Shown here one piece after another: positions 1 through 10,064 of a stretch of 64,000 bases of DNA (positions are counted from its first letter, which is position 1; each line of letters starts with the position of its first letter). This stretch comes from a bacterium (lineage in GTDB: Bacteria > Oederibacteriota > PGYV01 > Palsa-1178). Position numbers and translations under genes: made by a program. Where the stretch lies: the NCBI GenBank assembly GCA_037138355.1, contig JBAXIL010000002.1:23233-87232 (forward strand). Direction: 5' to 3'. Under the pieces are notes generated by a model that was not told where the DNA came from, ran no database searches, and saw only the letters and a list, made by a program, of their open reading frames with translations.

Positions 1-17
1 AATTATCTAACATAAAA

Positions 18-46
18 ATTATAGCAAATATAATGGGTTAAGGCAA
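18..46 (-). promoter_or_regulatory. Putative sigma70 promoter for a gene beyond the left edge
   Basis: Minus strand TTGCCT-17 bp-TATAAT with extended TG. Confidence 0.5.
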
Positions 47-159
47 CAAAGAAAAGGATGATTAAAAGATAGGGGTTTCAATAAAAGCTCTATAATATAT
101 GGGGTTTTACAGAATAAATATCATTACATTTGAAACCAAGGCAAACTACTTTGTCTTAT

Positions 160-972
160 TTACTCATTGACTAAATCGTAAATTTCTTTTAACTTTCTCA
201 ACACTGGTTCAACTTTATCAAGCGCATATTGCGAATCTTTATCAGACAAAGCCTTTTTCGGATTAGGATGGACCTCCATAAATACACCTGTTGCCCCTGC
301 AGCTACTGCTCCTCTGGCTATGGTATCAATATATTCCCTATCGGCTCCGCTACGGTTTCCAGCTCCACCAGGACGCTGAACAGCATGAGTAGCATCAATA
401 ATAACTGGATAACCAGTTTTTCTCATATATGCTATGGATTTCAAATCAACCACCAAATTATTATAACCAAAAGAAAAACCTCTCTCTGTTAACATTATTT
501 CCTTGTTTCCTGTTGATAGAGCTTTTTGTATTATGTTATCCATTTCAAAAGGTGATAAAAACTGTCCCTTTTTAATATTAATTATTTTTCCTGTTTTTGC
601 AGCAGCAACTATTAAATCTGTCTGCCTACACAAAAATGCAGGTATTTGTAATATATCAACAACCTTTGCTGTTTGAACCACATCTTTTGTTTCATGAACA
701 TCAGTTAATACTGGAAGAGAAAGCTTTTCTTTTATCTTTGCCATAAGATTTAGACCTTTTTTTATTCCTGGTCCACGAAAACTTCCAAGAGAGGTACGAT
801 TCGCTTTATCATAGGAGGCTTTGAAAACAAAAGGCATACCCAATCTTTGCGTTATTTCTTTAAGCTTCTCAGCTATCAAAAAAGCCATTTTTTCATTTTC
901 TATAACACAAGGACCAGCAATTAAGAAAAGTCCTTTTCCTGTAATCTCAGAGTATTTTTTTGAAAGTTTCAT
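160..972 (-). CDS. kdsA: 3-deoxy-8-phosphooctulonate (KDO8P) synthase
   Basis: IAGPCVIE, KASYDKANRTS, QIPAFLCRQTD, KKGQFL motifs; downstream of kdsB-pyrG. Confidence 0.97.
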   Translation of the reverse strand: MKLSKKYSEITGKGLFLIAGPCVIENEKMAFLIAEKLKEITQRLGMPFVFKASYDKANRTSLGSFRGPGIKKGLNLMAKIKEKLSLPVLTDVHETKDVVQTAKVVDILQIPAFLCRQTDLIVAAAKTGKIINIKKGQFLSPFEMDNIIQKALSTGNKEIMLTERGFSFGYNNLVVDLKSIAYMRKTGYPVIIDATHAVQRPGGAGNRSGADREYIDTIARGAVAAGATGVFMEVHPNPKKALSDKDSQYALDKVEPVLRKLKEIYDLVNE

Positions 973-1192
973 TTTTCACCGCATTTTTGCCTTTGGCAAT
1001 ACTGCCTGTGGCATTTTTGTCTTCAACCATCCACTCCATTATTATATTTTTTATCATTTTTTCTAATGGCATATTATATTTTTTTGCAAGTGCTTGTATA
1101 GCATCATACTTTGCTTGTGCCGACAAGAACTTGGCCTTAGCAAATTTCAGCAGATCTTCCTGCATCTCACTGCTGGGTTTTTGCGGTTCCAT
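947..1192 (-). CDS. Small hypothetical helical protein (possibly ribbon-helix-helix-like)
   Basis: 81-aa ORF exactly filling the pyrG-kdsA gap; ATG directly follows pyrG stop, AGGA upstream. Confidence 0.55.
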   Translation of the reverse strand: MEPQKPSSEMQEDLLKFAKAKFLSAQAKYDAIQALAKKYNMPLEKMIKNIIMEWMVEDKNATGSIAKGKNAVKNETFKKIL

Positions 1193-2821
1193 TTATTTTC
1201 CTTTCTTTTTATCAATCGATGCCTTTATAAACTCTCTGAATAAAGGATGTGGAGCTCTTGCTTTTGACTTAAATTCTGGGTGAAACTGAACTGCTATAAA
1301 CCATGGATGTTTAATGTATTCAATCATTTCTACAAGAAAACCGTCTGGAGAAGTTCCAGTTATAATAAAACCATTCTCTTCAAATTTATCCCTGTATAAG
1401 CTATTGAACTCATATCTGTGCCTGTGCCGTTCAAAAATAAACTTTTCCTTATATGCTGCATATGATTTCGTAGCAGGTTTAACCTTACAAGGATATGCAC
1501 CCAATCTCATGGATGCGCCCATATACTCTATGTGTTTTTGTTCTTCAAGTTTTGATATTACTGGATATCTTGTTTTACTTTCAAATTCGGTTGAATTTGC
1601 ACTTTTCATACCCAAAACATGTCTGGCAAACTCAATTACCGAAACCTGCATTCCCAAACAAATACCAAAGTATGGTATTTTCTTTTCTCTGGCATATTGA
1701 ATTGCTGCAATCTTTCCTTCTATGCCTCTCGTACCAAATCCTCCTGGAACAAGCACACCGTGTATTCCAGCAAATAACTTTCCAACCTGTTTACTTTTCA
1801 TTAATGGCTCAATATCTTTTTCAGAATCAATCCATTTTATATTTACTTTTACATTATTACCTATACCACCGTGTAGTATTGCTTCTTTTATAGATTTATA
1901 AGCATCTTGAACTTCAACATATTTACCAACTACCGCTATGTTAACCTCGCCTATTGGAAATTTAATTTTTCTAACGATATTATCCCATGTCTTTAAATTA
2001 ATTTTTTTTGCTTTTAAACCAAGCTTCTTTACAATCAAATCATCTAAACCTTGTTGATGAAACATTCTTGGCACTTCATATATAGTAGGCACATCAAATG
2101 CCTGAATAACTGCATCATAGTCAACATTACAAAAAAGCGCTATTTTATCTCTCTCGCCTTTTGACATCTTCATTTCAGTTCTGCATAAAAGTACATCTGG
2201 CTGAATACCGATTGAACGCAATTGTGCCACTGAATGCTGAGTTGGCTTAGTTTTAATTTCCCCAGCGGCTTTAATATATGGAACTAAGGTCAAGTGAACA
2301 TACAACACATTATCACGACCTAAATCCTGCTGCATTTGCCTAATTGCCTCAAGAAAAGGCTGACTTTCTATATCACCAACCGTACCACCTATCTCTATTA
2401 TCGCAACTTCAATATCCGTTCCCTTTAAAAGAGATTTCAACCTGTCTTTAATCTCATTAGTTACATGAGGAATTACCTGCACGGTTTTACCAAGGTAATC
2501 ACCACGGCGTTCTCTGTCTATAATTACGCTATATATCTTTCCCGTTGTAACATTATTTTCCTTCGTAAGCACAGCATTTGTAAATCTTTCATAATGACCT
2601 AAATCAAGATCTGTTTCAGCACCATCTTCAGTGACATAAACCTCGCCATGCTGAAAAGGACTCATTGTTCCAGGATCTACATTTAAATAAGGATCGTATT
2701 TTTGCATTGTAATTTTTACTCCGCGAGCTTCTAATAAAGCAGCGATAGAAGATGCCGCAATCCCCTTACCAAGTGATGAAACAACTCCTCCAGTTACAAA
2801 AATATACTTTTTACCCTTCAC
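1193..2821 (-). CDS. pyrG: CTP synthase
   Basis: [36 protein letters not shown]; probable GTG start at 2821 after GAGGTG RBS (ORF track starts 2851). Confidence 0.98.
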   Translation of the reverse strand: MKGKKYIFVTGGVVSSLGKGIAASSIAALLEARGVKITMQKYDPYLNVDPGTMSPFQHGEVYVTEDGAETDLDLGHYERFTNAVLTKENNVTTGKIYSVIIDRERRGDYLGKTVQVIPHVTNEIKDRLKSLLKGTDIEVAIIEIGGTVGDIESQPFLEAIRQMQQDLGRDNVLYVHLTLVPYIKAAGEIKTKPTQHSVAQLRSIGIQPDVLLCRTEMKMSKGERDKIALFCNVDYDAVIQAFDVPTIYEVPRMFHQQGLDDLIVKKLGLKAKKINLKTWDNIVRKIKFPIGEVNIAVVGKYVEVQDAYKSIKEAILHGGIGNNVKVNIKWIDSEKDIEPLMKSKQVGKLFAGIHGVLVPGGFGTRGIEGKIAAIQYAREKKIPYFGICLGMQVSVIEFARHVLGMKSANSTEFESKTRYPVISKLEEQKHIEYMGASMRLGAYPCKVKPATKSYAAYKEKFIFERHRHRYEFNSLYRDKFEENGFIITGTSPDGFLVEMIEYIKHPWFIAVQFHPEFKSKARAPHPLFREFIKASIDKKKGK

Positions 2822-2893
2822 ATAGCACCTCATTATGATTGCAGAATTCACAACCTAAAATTATAAATCCAAAATCCTGAAAACATTTGCCTT

Positions 2894-3625
2894 CTAAATT
2901 ATTTTTTTTAATTTAGCAAAATCTTGTTTTGTATCTATTCCAATACTCTTGCTTTTAACTACAACAACTTTAATTTTGCAACCATTTTCCAACATTCTTA
3001 ATTGCTCAAGTTTTTCTACGCCTTCATATCTGCTATCAAACTTAAGCCACCTGTCAAGAACGCTTTTTTTATAAGCATACAAGCCAATATGTTTTAGGTA
3101 CACTCCCGGCTTTAACTTTGCCTCATCACGGTTATAAGGTATTGCCGCTCTTGAAAAATACAAAGCATTTGAAAAAGAATCCAACACTACCTTAACTACT
3201 GAGGTATTATTAATTTCTTTATTAGAAACAAGAACAGAGGCCAATGTAGAGGCCTCACATGACTTATCCTCAATCAATGCCTTTATGGCCTTATCAATAA
3301 AAACAGGTTCCAATAAAGGCTCATCGCCTTGTATATTTACTACGATATCATTCATATTTGCTCGTATTGATTTTAATGCTTCCCTTATGCGTTCTGTTCC
3401 AGATTTACATGAGGCTGGCGTCATTATTACTTTCCCACCAGCCGCTTCTATCACATTTTTTATTTTCACGCTATCAGTAGCCACAAATAACTGCTTTATA
3501 GAATTTGCCTTTTTAGCATTGGCATAAACCATTTCTATCAAACTTTTTCCTTTTATTTTAGCAAGCATCTTTTCCGGAAACCTGGTTGATTTCAACCTTG
3601 CCGGTATTATTCCAATAATATTCAT
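2894..3625 (-). CDS. kdsB: 3-deoxy-manno-octulosonate cytidylyltransferase
   Basis: IIPARLKSTRFPEK, SGTER, NIQGDEP, LYFSR, LEQLR. Confidence 0.96.
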   Translation of the reverse strand: MNIIGIIPARLKSTRFPEKMLAKIKGKSLIEMVYANAKKANSIKQLFVATDSVKIKNVIEAAGGKVIMTPASCKSGTERIREALKSIRANMNDIVVNIQGDEPLLEPVFIDKAIKALIEDKSCEASTLASVLVSNKEINNTSVVKVVLDSFSNALYFSRAAIPYNRDEAKLKPGVYLKHIGLYAYKKSVLDRWLKFDSRYEGVEKLEQLRMLENGCKIKVVVVKSKSIGIDTKQDFAKLKKII

Positions 3626-3669
3626 AGAACTCCTTTATAATTTATAACAAAAAAAATTACTACTATCAC

Positions 3670-4161
3670 TTAATTGTAATATTTTAATACCTTTGCAATT
3701 ATATTTGTTGTTGATTTGCCTTTAACATAAGGAACATTTTTAACTTTTCCACCAGCTGCAAGAACGATATCGGCTCCTATTATCTTATTCAGTGGCCAAT
3801 CACCACCTTTTACCAACACATCTGGGACAATGTCCTTTATTATATTATAAGGATCCTTTTCTTCAAACAATGTGACTATGTCCACGCATTCCAAAGCCGA
3901 CATTACTTCAGCCCTCTCGGCTTGAGCTGTCACAGGACGCTTTGGACCTTTAATTTGCCTAACTGACGCATCACTATTTAGCGCCAAAATTAAAATATCG
4001 CCCATTTTTTTTGCAGCGATTAAGAACCTAACATGACCACCATGAATTAAATCATAACAGCCGTTTGTAAATACTATTTTATTTCCATTGTCTTTCAGTT
4101 TTTCCACTGTGGCAATTAGTTTTTTTCTATCAAAAATTACTTTATCAATTTTTTTCATCAA
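3670..4161 (-). CDS. rfaE2: D-glycero-beta-D-manno-heptose 1-phosphate adenylyltransferase (HldE domain II), copy 1
   Basis: FTNGCYDLIHGGH, LNSDASVR, KGP.RP, PDVLVKGGDW, STTNII. Confidence 0.92.
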   Translation of the reverse strand: MMKKIDKVIFDRKKLIATVEKLKDNGNKIVFTNGCYDLIHGGHVRFLIAAKKMGDILILALNSDASVRQIKGPKRPVTAQAERAEVMSALECVDIVTLFEEKDPYNIIKDIVPDVLVKGGDWPLNKIIGADIVLAAGGKVKNVPYVKGKSTTNIIAKVLKYYN

Positions 4162-5146
4162 CCGCTGCTTTTAATTCTTTTATATTGAGAGTTACTACAC
4201 CTACTTCGGCTACTACTTCTCCAGCCGCTATATTAGAAAGCACTGCTGCTTCATCAAAAGAGGAACCTGAAGCAAGTGCCAGTGTAACCACAGAAATCAC
4301 AGTATCTCCAGCGCCAGTCACATCAAATACTTCCCTTGCCACTGTCGGTACCGAACGCATTCGACCGCCTTCATATAAAGACATACCTTCTTCTCCGCGT
4401 GTGATAAGTATGGCAGCTGAATTCGTGATATTTTTTAATATTTTAGCAGCAGCTAAAACCTGCTCTTCATTTGATATTTGTATCCCAGTTGCTTCTGAAG
4501 CCTCTTTTTTATTGGGAGAAATCAATGTCACATTGTTAAATATGCTCACATTATCTGGTTTAGGATCTACTGTCACTATCTTGCCTTTAGCCAAACTCAT
4601 AATGCCTGACACAAGTCCACTTGTGAGCAACCCTTTATCGTAATCAGAAAATACTACAGCATCCATATTTTTCATGATTTTTGTTATTTTTCCAATGATA
4701 ATTTTTGCGGTCGCCAACGAAATATCATTTTTTTGTTCTTTATCAATACGCACCACCTGCTGATGGTGAGCAATTACTCTGGTCTTAACTGTGGTTGGTC
4801 TATTTTTATCTGTGACAATAGCAGAGACATCCACATTTTCTTTTTTTAAATACGAAGTAAGCTTTTTAGCTTTGTCATCTTGTCCAATCACACCCGCGGC
4901 ATAAACTTTTGCACCTAATGACACAAGGTTCAATATTACATTTGCTGCTCCGCCTGGTTTAGCATCCTCTTTTTGTACTTCCACTACTGGAATTGGAGCT
5001 TCTGGTGAGATTCTGGAAACCTTGCCCCATATATACTCGTCTATCATTAAATCTCCAACCACGAGTATTTTCTTATTTTTAAATTTATGAATTATTTTTT
5101 TTAATGTTGCTTTACTTATTTTATTCAACTTAAATTTCTCCCGCAA
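4145..5146 (-). CDS. rfaE1: D-glycero-beta-D-manno-heptose-7-phosphate kinase (HldE domain I, PfkB family), copy 1
   Basis: [41 protein letters not shown]. Confidence 0.93.
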   Translation of the reverse strand: MREKFKLNKISKATLKKIIHKFKNKKILVVGDLMIDEYIWGKVSRISPEAPIPVVEVQKEDAKPGGAANVILNLVSLGAKVYAAGVIGQDDKAKKLTSYLKKENVDVSAIVTDKNRPTTVKTRVIAHHQQVVRIDKEQKNDISLATAKIIIGKITKIMKNMDAVVFSDYDKGLLTSGLVSGIMSLAKGKIVTVDPKPDNVSIFNNVTLISPNKKEASEATGIQISNEEQVLAAAKILKNITNSAAILITRGEEGMSLYEGGRMRSVPTVAREVFDVTGAGDTVISVVTLALASGSSFDEAAVLSNIAAGEVVAEVGVVTLNIKELKAAVDEKN

Positions 5147-5705
5147 GTTTTTTTTCTACAAGATCACAAATTACATGAAAATAAGTTATGTGCGTTTCCT
5201 GAATTCTCATAGTATTAGATGATTTAACGTCTATCAGTATGTCACAAAGCTTCGCCATTTTACCGCCACCTTGACCTGTAAAACCAATTACCTGCATGCC
5301 ATGTCTTTTAGCTTCCCTAATCGCAAGAATGACATTTTTTGAATTACCAGAAGTAGAAATGGCTATTGCTGCATCACCAAAATTACCCAATGCCTCAACC
5401 TGCCTTTCAAATACTCTATCAAAACCATAATCATTTCCACAGGAAGTAAGAATCGAGGAATCAGTAGTTAAAGCAATAGCAGGATATCCTCTGCGCTCCA
5501 ACTTCAAACGCACAACAAACTCAGCTGCAATATGTTGGGCATCAGCGGCTGAACCGCCATTACCAAATATAAGGATTTTATTACCAGCGTGAAGAGTGGA
5601 GTATAGAGAGTCAACTGCCTTTTGAAGTTTTGACTTGTTGCCTTTATAACTTTTTAATTTTACAACACAACTTTCCTTAATTGACTTTTCAAAATAATCT
5701 GCCAT
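5130..5705 (-). CDS. gmhA: D-sedoheptulose 7-phosphate isomerase
   Basis: [33 protein letters not shown]. Confidence 0.95.
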   Translation of the reverse strand: MADYFEKSIKESCVVKLKSYKGNKSKLQKAVDSLYSTLHAGNKILIFGNGGSAADAQHIAAEFVVRLKLERRGYPAIALTTDSSILTSCGNDYGFDRVFERQVEALGNFGDAAIAISTSGNSKNVILAIREAKRHGMQVIGFTGQGGGKMAKLCDILIDVKSSNTMRIQETHITYFHVICDLVEKKLAGEI

Positions 5706-5733
5706 AACAGCTCCCTTTGTCTTAGGATATATA

Positions 5734-5763
5734 ATTATAATAGGTTTGGACTAGTTTAGTCAA
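5734..5763 (-). promoter_or_regulatory. Putative sigma70 promoter for gmhA-rfaE1-rfaE2-kdsB-pyrG-kdsA
   Basis: TTGACT-18 bp-TATAAT on minus strand. Confidence 0.55.
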
Positions 5764-5817
5764 CGACAAAGTGTAAAAAACTATCCCAGACCGTTTGTCT
5801 TTATAATAAAAACTTAA

Positions 5818-6870
5818 TCACTCTGCCTTTACAACATCCGCCGATTGCAATATCACATCTATAGTTCCAATCGCTATTTGACTTTTAATAATTACTGGCA
5901 TTAAGTTTTTATCATTAGTAAGCCATATCCAAATATCGCCTTTTTGTCTAAAAATTCCTTCATATTTCAAAAAAGGTTGAACCACTATACAATCAAATTC
6001 ACCTGCATCAGTTGTGACTTTTTCATTACGCAGTTTTTTTACTACTATCTGATATGTTTTACATTCGTCTGAAGATACATCTATCTTTATTTCATTTTCA
6101 CCTTTATATACACTTCTAAAATAATAAAACTCAGACAAAACATCCTGAACAAAAGGAACAATGTCGCACTTGTCACCATTGTTTTTTACCGCAAATGATT
6201 GCTCGTGGTTAAAGTCCATTATTGTGGTATTACGATACCCACCTTCCTCAAGTTTTTTTGAATATTTCCACGAAAATAAACCCATTACATCCATATAAGT
6301 TGATATGACATCCTTGACTCTATAAAACGGCTCAAAAAATGGCGCTGTTCTGGCTGTAGCATCTATATGATATACCTGTCTGTCATTATATTTTTCTATG
6401 TCTTTTACTTCCAGAACAGCAATACCTGCTGTTACACCAAAATACTTTACCCCAAAGGTAAGCTTTTCACCAACTCCAAAGGCCTTATTTTCAGTTACCC
6501 TGTAAACAAAATTACTTTTATTCTTAACATCTTCATTATCGTCTAAACTTTCACATAAAACTGATATGTTAATTATAATGCCTTCCTTTAGTATAATATC
6601 TTCTTTAAGAGAATTTGATAATGCCAATTTATTCCAAAGCGACCCTTTGCCTGAAATTGCTTTTGATATTTTCCATAAGCTATCACCTTTTCGAACTTTA
6701 TAAAGCATGCTTGAATCTACGGAAGAATTCTTTTCATTTTGCTTTTGTGCTTCAGCTCTAACTAATCTTTCACCTTGAGTCACTTCAAGAATAGAAACTT
6801 TATTTTGAATAGTAGCGCAGGATGAAAGTACAAAAACAATCAACCCATAAAGGAAAATATGTTTTTTCAT
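5818..6870 (-). CDS. Lipoprotein with LysM domain and DUF3108-like domain
   Basis: Lipobox VLSSC; LysM YKVRKGDSLWKIS; GEKLTF...FYRVKD...AGEFDC...IWLTND..LMPVIIK resembles DUF3108. Confidence 0.75.
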   Translation of the reverse strand: MKKHIFLYGLIVFVLSSCATIQNKVSILEVTQGERLVRAEAQKQNEKNSSVDSSMLYKVRKGDSLWKISKAISGKGSLWNKLALSNSLKEDIILKEGIIINISVLCESLDDNEDVKNKSNFVYRVTENKAFGVGEKLTFGVKYFGVTAGIAVLEVKDIEKYNDRQVYHIDATARTAPFFEPFYRVKDVISTYMDVMGLFSWKYSKKLEEGGYRNTTIMDFNHEQSFAVKNNGDKCDIVPFVQDVLSEFYYFRSVYKGENEIKIDVSSDECKTYQIVVKKLRNEKVTTDAGEFDCIVVQPFLKYEGIFRQKGDIWIWLTNDKNLMPVIIKSQIAIGTIDVILQSADVVKAE

Positions 6871-7847
6871 CTGTTTATGAGTTCCTTTAATTTTGATAAT
6901 ATAATTTTTCTATCAATCAAATCCATATCTTGGGGCTTTGGGTTATTATTTTTTGGTTGTATTATGACTTGCTTATTTCCAAGACAGGCCCATCTTTTTG
7001 GTTTCATTGAAGCAATTGTATCTGGGGGAAAAAAGCTCAATGTCTTTACTCCAAGCGCTGCTGCAATGTGCATTGGTCCCGTAGAACTACTTATCAAAAC
7101 TTCAGCCTGAGCAATAACTCCAGCAAACTGTCGCATTGTCAATTCTTCGTTCATTATAAAAATATTATTTTTTTGTGTCATATTATTTTTAATTTTATTT
7201 AACAAATCCTTTTCAGTTTTTCCACCTGTCAATAGAATATGATATCCGTCTTCCAGTATTTCATCCGCCAGCTTTGAATATACCACTTCACTCAAGTTCC
7301 AAGCTGAGCCTTTGCTCCCTGGGTGGATAATGATAAACCCAGAACCTATTCCTTTTTGCTTGATATATTCAAGACCATTTTGCTTTTCTTTTTCTGTAAT
7401 GAAATAATATTCTTTCACTGCAGTGACATTGTCTAATAATTTTCCTGCAGTCATTAAATTATAATCTGCTTCGCTTTTCTCTGATTTTTTTCTGCTCATT
7501 GCTACTTTTTGATTATATAGGAAAGAATACCATCTTGAGGCTGTTCCGTATCTTTGAGGGATACCTGTTTTAAAGAAATACCAAGCAAGTTCAGGACGAG
7601 GATAAGCAGCAATCACTGTATCAAACTTTTCAGTTTTGAGTTTTGATAAGAGTAGGTCAGGCCGTTTTTTATCATATATTATCGTGCTGTAAACATTTGG
7701 ATTATTCAGAAGAAGGTCATTGGCATATTGAGAGACAAGGACAGTTATTTTTACAGCTGGATATTTGGCTTTAACTTCCTTTATGAGCGGAGTCGTGAGT
7801 AGTAAATCACCAATACCATCTGTTCTGGATATTAAGATTTTATCCAT
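6867..7847 (-). CDS. Glycosyltransferase family 9 (LPS heptosyltransferase-like)
   Basis: RTDGIGDLLLTTP, HPGS, SSTGPMHIAAALG. Confidence 0.9.
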   Translation of the reverse strand: MDKILISRTDGIGDLLLTTPLIKEVKAKYPAVKITVLVSQYANDLLLNNPNVYSTIIYDKKRPDLLLSKLKTEKFDTVIAAYPRPELAWYFFKTGIPQRYGTASRWYSFLYNQKVAMSRKKSEKSEADYNLMTAGKLLDNVTAVKEYYFITEKEKQNGLEYIKQKGIGSGFIIIHPGSKGSAWNLSEVVYSKLADEILEDGYHILLTGGKTEKDLLNKIKNNMTQKNNIFIMNEELTMRQFAGVIAQAEVLISSSTGPMHIAAALGVKTLSFFPPDTIASMKPKRWACLGNKQVIIQPKNNNPKPQDMDLIDRKIILSKLKELINR

Positions 7848-7930
7848 TTTATGTCCTTTATTGATCTCAAAGCACTTATCCCAAAATCAAAGTTTAAATA
7901 TACTTTAGGAAAAAGAACTTTGGGTTGAAA

Positions 7931-8407
7931 CTATTTATATTTTTCTATTATTGTCTTTATGATATCTTTAGTTGAGTGATCTTTAGAGTCGCCCACAATC
8001 GCTATCTTAATCCCAAACTTCTTTGCCATTTCTTTTTCTGGGACTGTATCTAAAGTATAGTCAGTCCCTTTACAATGATAAGTTGGTAAAAGTATTTGTA
8101 ATGTTTTATCAACGGTTAATTCATTAAATATAACTATGTAATCCACAAACTCAAAAGCAGACATAATCTCTGCCCTCTCACGCTGATTGACAAGAGGTCT
8201 GCCTTTTCCTTTAAGTTTTCTGACAGATGAATCCGAGTTTAAGCCGAGTACAAGTGTGTCACCTTTTCCCTTTGCGGCTTTTAGAAATCTTATATGTCCC
8301 ACATGAAGTATATCAAAGCAACCATTGGCAAAAGCGACTTTTTTACCCTGTTTTTTCAATTTTGCCACAATCTTTGAAAGTGCTTCCCTGCTTTTAACTT
8401 TAGACAT
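7931..8407 (-). CDS. Heptose-1-phosphate adenylyltransferase-like cytidylyltransferase, copy 2
   Basis: ANGCFDILHVGH, GLNSDSSVR, KG..RP, HCKGTDY. Confidence 0.88.
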   Translation of the reverse strand: MSKVKSREALSKIVAKLKKQGKKVAFANGCFDILHVGHIRFLKAAKGKGDTLVLGLNSDSSVRKLKGKGRPLVNQRERAEIMSAFEFVDYIVIFNELTVDKTLQILLPTYHCKGTDYTLDTVPEKEMAKKFGIKIAIVGDSKDHSTKDIIKTIIEKYK

Positions 8408-9383
8408 TTTTAAGTGCTCCCTTTAGCTCATTTACTGTTACAGTTGCAACTCCTCGTTTCATTACCACAAGTCCGCCACCTATATTTGCCAAATAAGCCG
8501 CATCAGCTAACTTTGCTCCGCAAGCTAAAGCGATTGAAATGATTGACGAAACCGTGTCACCTGCACCAGATACATCCACAATCTCATCTGTGCCAAAAGG
8601 AGTAACTTTTACAATTTTCTTATTTTCAAACACTATCATGCCTCTGCTCCCACGAGTTACAATCATACCCTTCGCTTTCATCATTGTTGCAAGTTTTTTT
8701 ACAATATATTCTACATTTTTTTCTTCATACTTTTCAAAATCAACAGCAGGACCTGCTTCTGTTTCATTTGGTGTCGCAGTTGCAACATATTTGAATTTTT
8801 TCAACCCATAACGCGAATCAACAACAACTTTTTTTCCTTTTTTAGCGAGTGCGTTTACAGTTTTAATTACTTCGTCGGTTATCATACCGCTTCCATAATC
8901 TGATACAAGAATTACATCTATATTAGCAGCGGCCTTTTTAATATTTTCTATTAACTTTAATTCAATTTGCTTGTCCATTATTCCTTCGTTATACCTATCG
9001 ATCCTTACTATCTGCTGTTTCACTGTATGAACTGAACCTGCCATAACTCTGGTTTTTACAGGGATGCTGTAATTTTCTGTCTTTACTATAAAAGAAGCAT
9101 CAACTCCCTTTTCTTTCATCATGTTAAGCAAAATCTCTGAATATTCATCTGTTCCAACAATTGAAACCGGTATAGGAATAGCACCCAAATCAACAATATT
9201 CATTACTGGATTTGCTCCGCCACCTGCAAGGTAAGTTGTTTTATTATATTTCAATATTAGAACAGGAGCTTCTCTTGAAATGCGTTCTGTTTCACCATAT
9301 AGGTATTCATCAAGTATAAAATCCCCTAAAACTAAAACTTTTTGTCCTTTAAACTTGTCTATTATTGAAGCGTATTTATTCAT
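8400..9383 (-). CDS. HldE domain I-like PfkB sugar kinase, copy 2
   Basis: GDFILDEY, RISREAPV, GGGAN, SDYGSG, DVSGAGDTV. Confidence 0.88.
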   Translation of the reverse strand: MNKYASIIDKFKGQKVLVLGDFILDEYLYGETERISREAPVLILKYNKTTYLAGGGANPVMNIVDLGAIPIPVSIVGTDEYSEILLNMMKEKGVDASFIVKTENYSIPVKTRVMAGSVHTVKQQIVRIDRYNEGIMDKQIELKLIENIKKAAANIDVILVSDYGSGMITDEVIKTVNALAKKGKKVVVDSRYGLKKFKYVATATPNETEAGPAVDFEKYEEKNVEYIVKKLATMMKAKGMIVTRGSRGMIVFENKKIVKVTPFGTDEIVDVSGAGDTVSSIISIALACGAKLADAAYLANIGGGLVVMKRGVATVTVNELKGALKNV

Positions 9384-9491
9384 ATTGTTCTCCTTGTTTG
9401 CGTGATACGGTTACCTTCTGCCGTCCACCATAATTTATAAACTGAAATTGCATTAATAATACCTGCGTCAGAGAGGCAGCAAGCAGCCTCT

Positions 9492-10064
9492 CTACACTAT
9501 CAAGAACTTAACTGCTTGATAAAAATCTTTGGCTATAAAGTCAGGTTTGTCATAAGCTAATTTGATGAGCTTCTTTTCTTCCTTGCCGTATCCAGTAAGA
9601 ACAAGCGCGGTTTTCATTTTAGCATTCTTACCCAAATGAACATCCGTCAATTTGTCCCCTATTACAAAACTTTGCTTAAGATCTATGTTGAATTTTTTTT
9701 GAGCGGCTTTAATCATGCCAATTTTAGGTTTTCTACACTCACAATCTTTCAAATATTTTTTTAAAACTGCCTTTTTAGGATGATGAGGACAATAATAATA
9801 TGCGTCTATTTTCAGAAAATATTTTTTTAAAAAAGCTGTTATGTGTTTATGTACTTCTTTTACAAAGGTCTCTTTTATGTACCCTCTTGCCACACCGGAC
9901 TGATTTGTCACGACTATTACTTTATATCCAGCAGCTTTGAGCAACTGCATAGCTTTAATAGAGCGAGAATAAAACTTAATTTTTTTCAGAGAGCTTATAT
10001 ATCCCACTTCATGAATGAGATTACCATCACGGTCAATAAATGCAGCTTTACTTTTGTATTTCAT
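9492..10064 (-). CDS. gmhB: D-glycero-beta-D-manno-heptose 1,7-bisphosphate 7-phosphatase (HAD IIIA)
   Basis: FIDRDG, VTNQSGVARG, YYCPHHP, CECRKP, IGDK.TD. Confidence 0.92.
   Translation of the reverse strand: MKYKSKAAFIDRDGNLIHEVGYISSLKKIKFYSRSIKAMQLLKAAGYKVIVVTNQSGVARGYIKETFVKEVHKHITAFLKKYFLKIDAYYYCPHHPKKAVLKKYLKDCECRKPKIGMIKAAQKKFNIDLKQSFVIGDKLTDVHLGKNAKMKTALVLTGYGKEEKKLIKLAYDKPDFIAKDFYQAVKFLIV

Noticed and set aside
74..137. GGTTTCAA...TTGAAACC inverted pair resembling CRISPR repeat ends
   Set aside because: Single occurrence, no repeat-spacer periodicity, no cas genes
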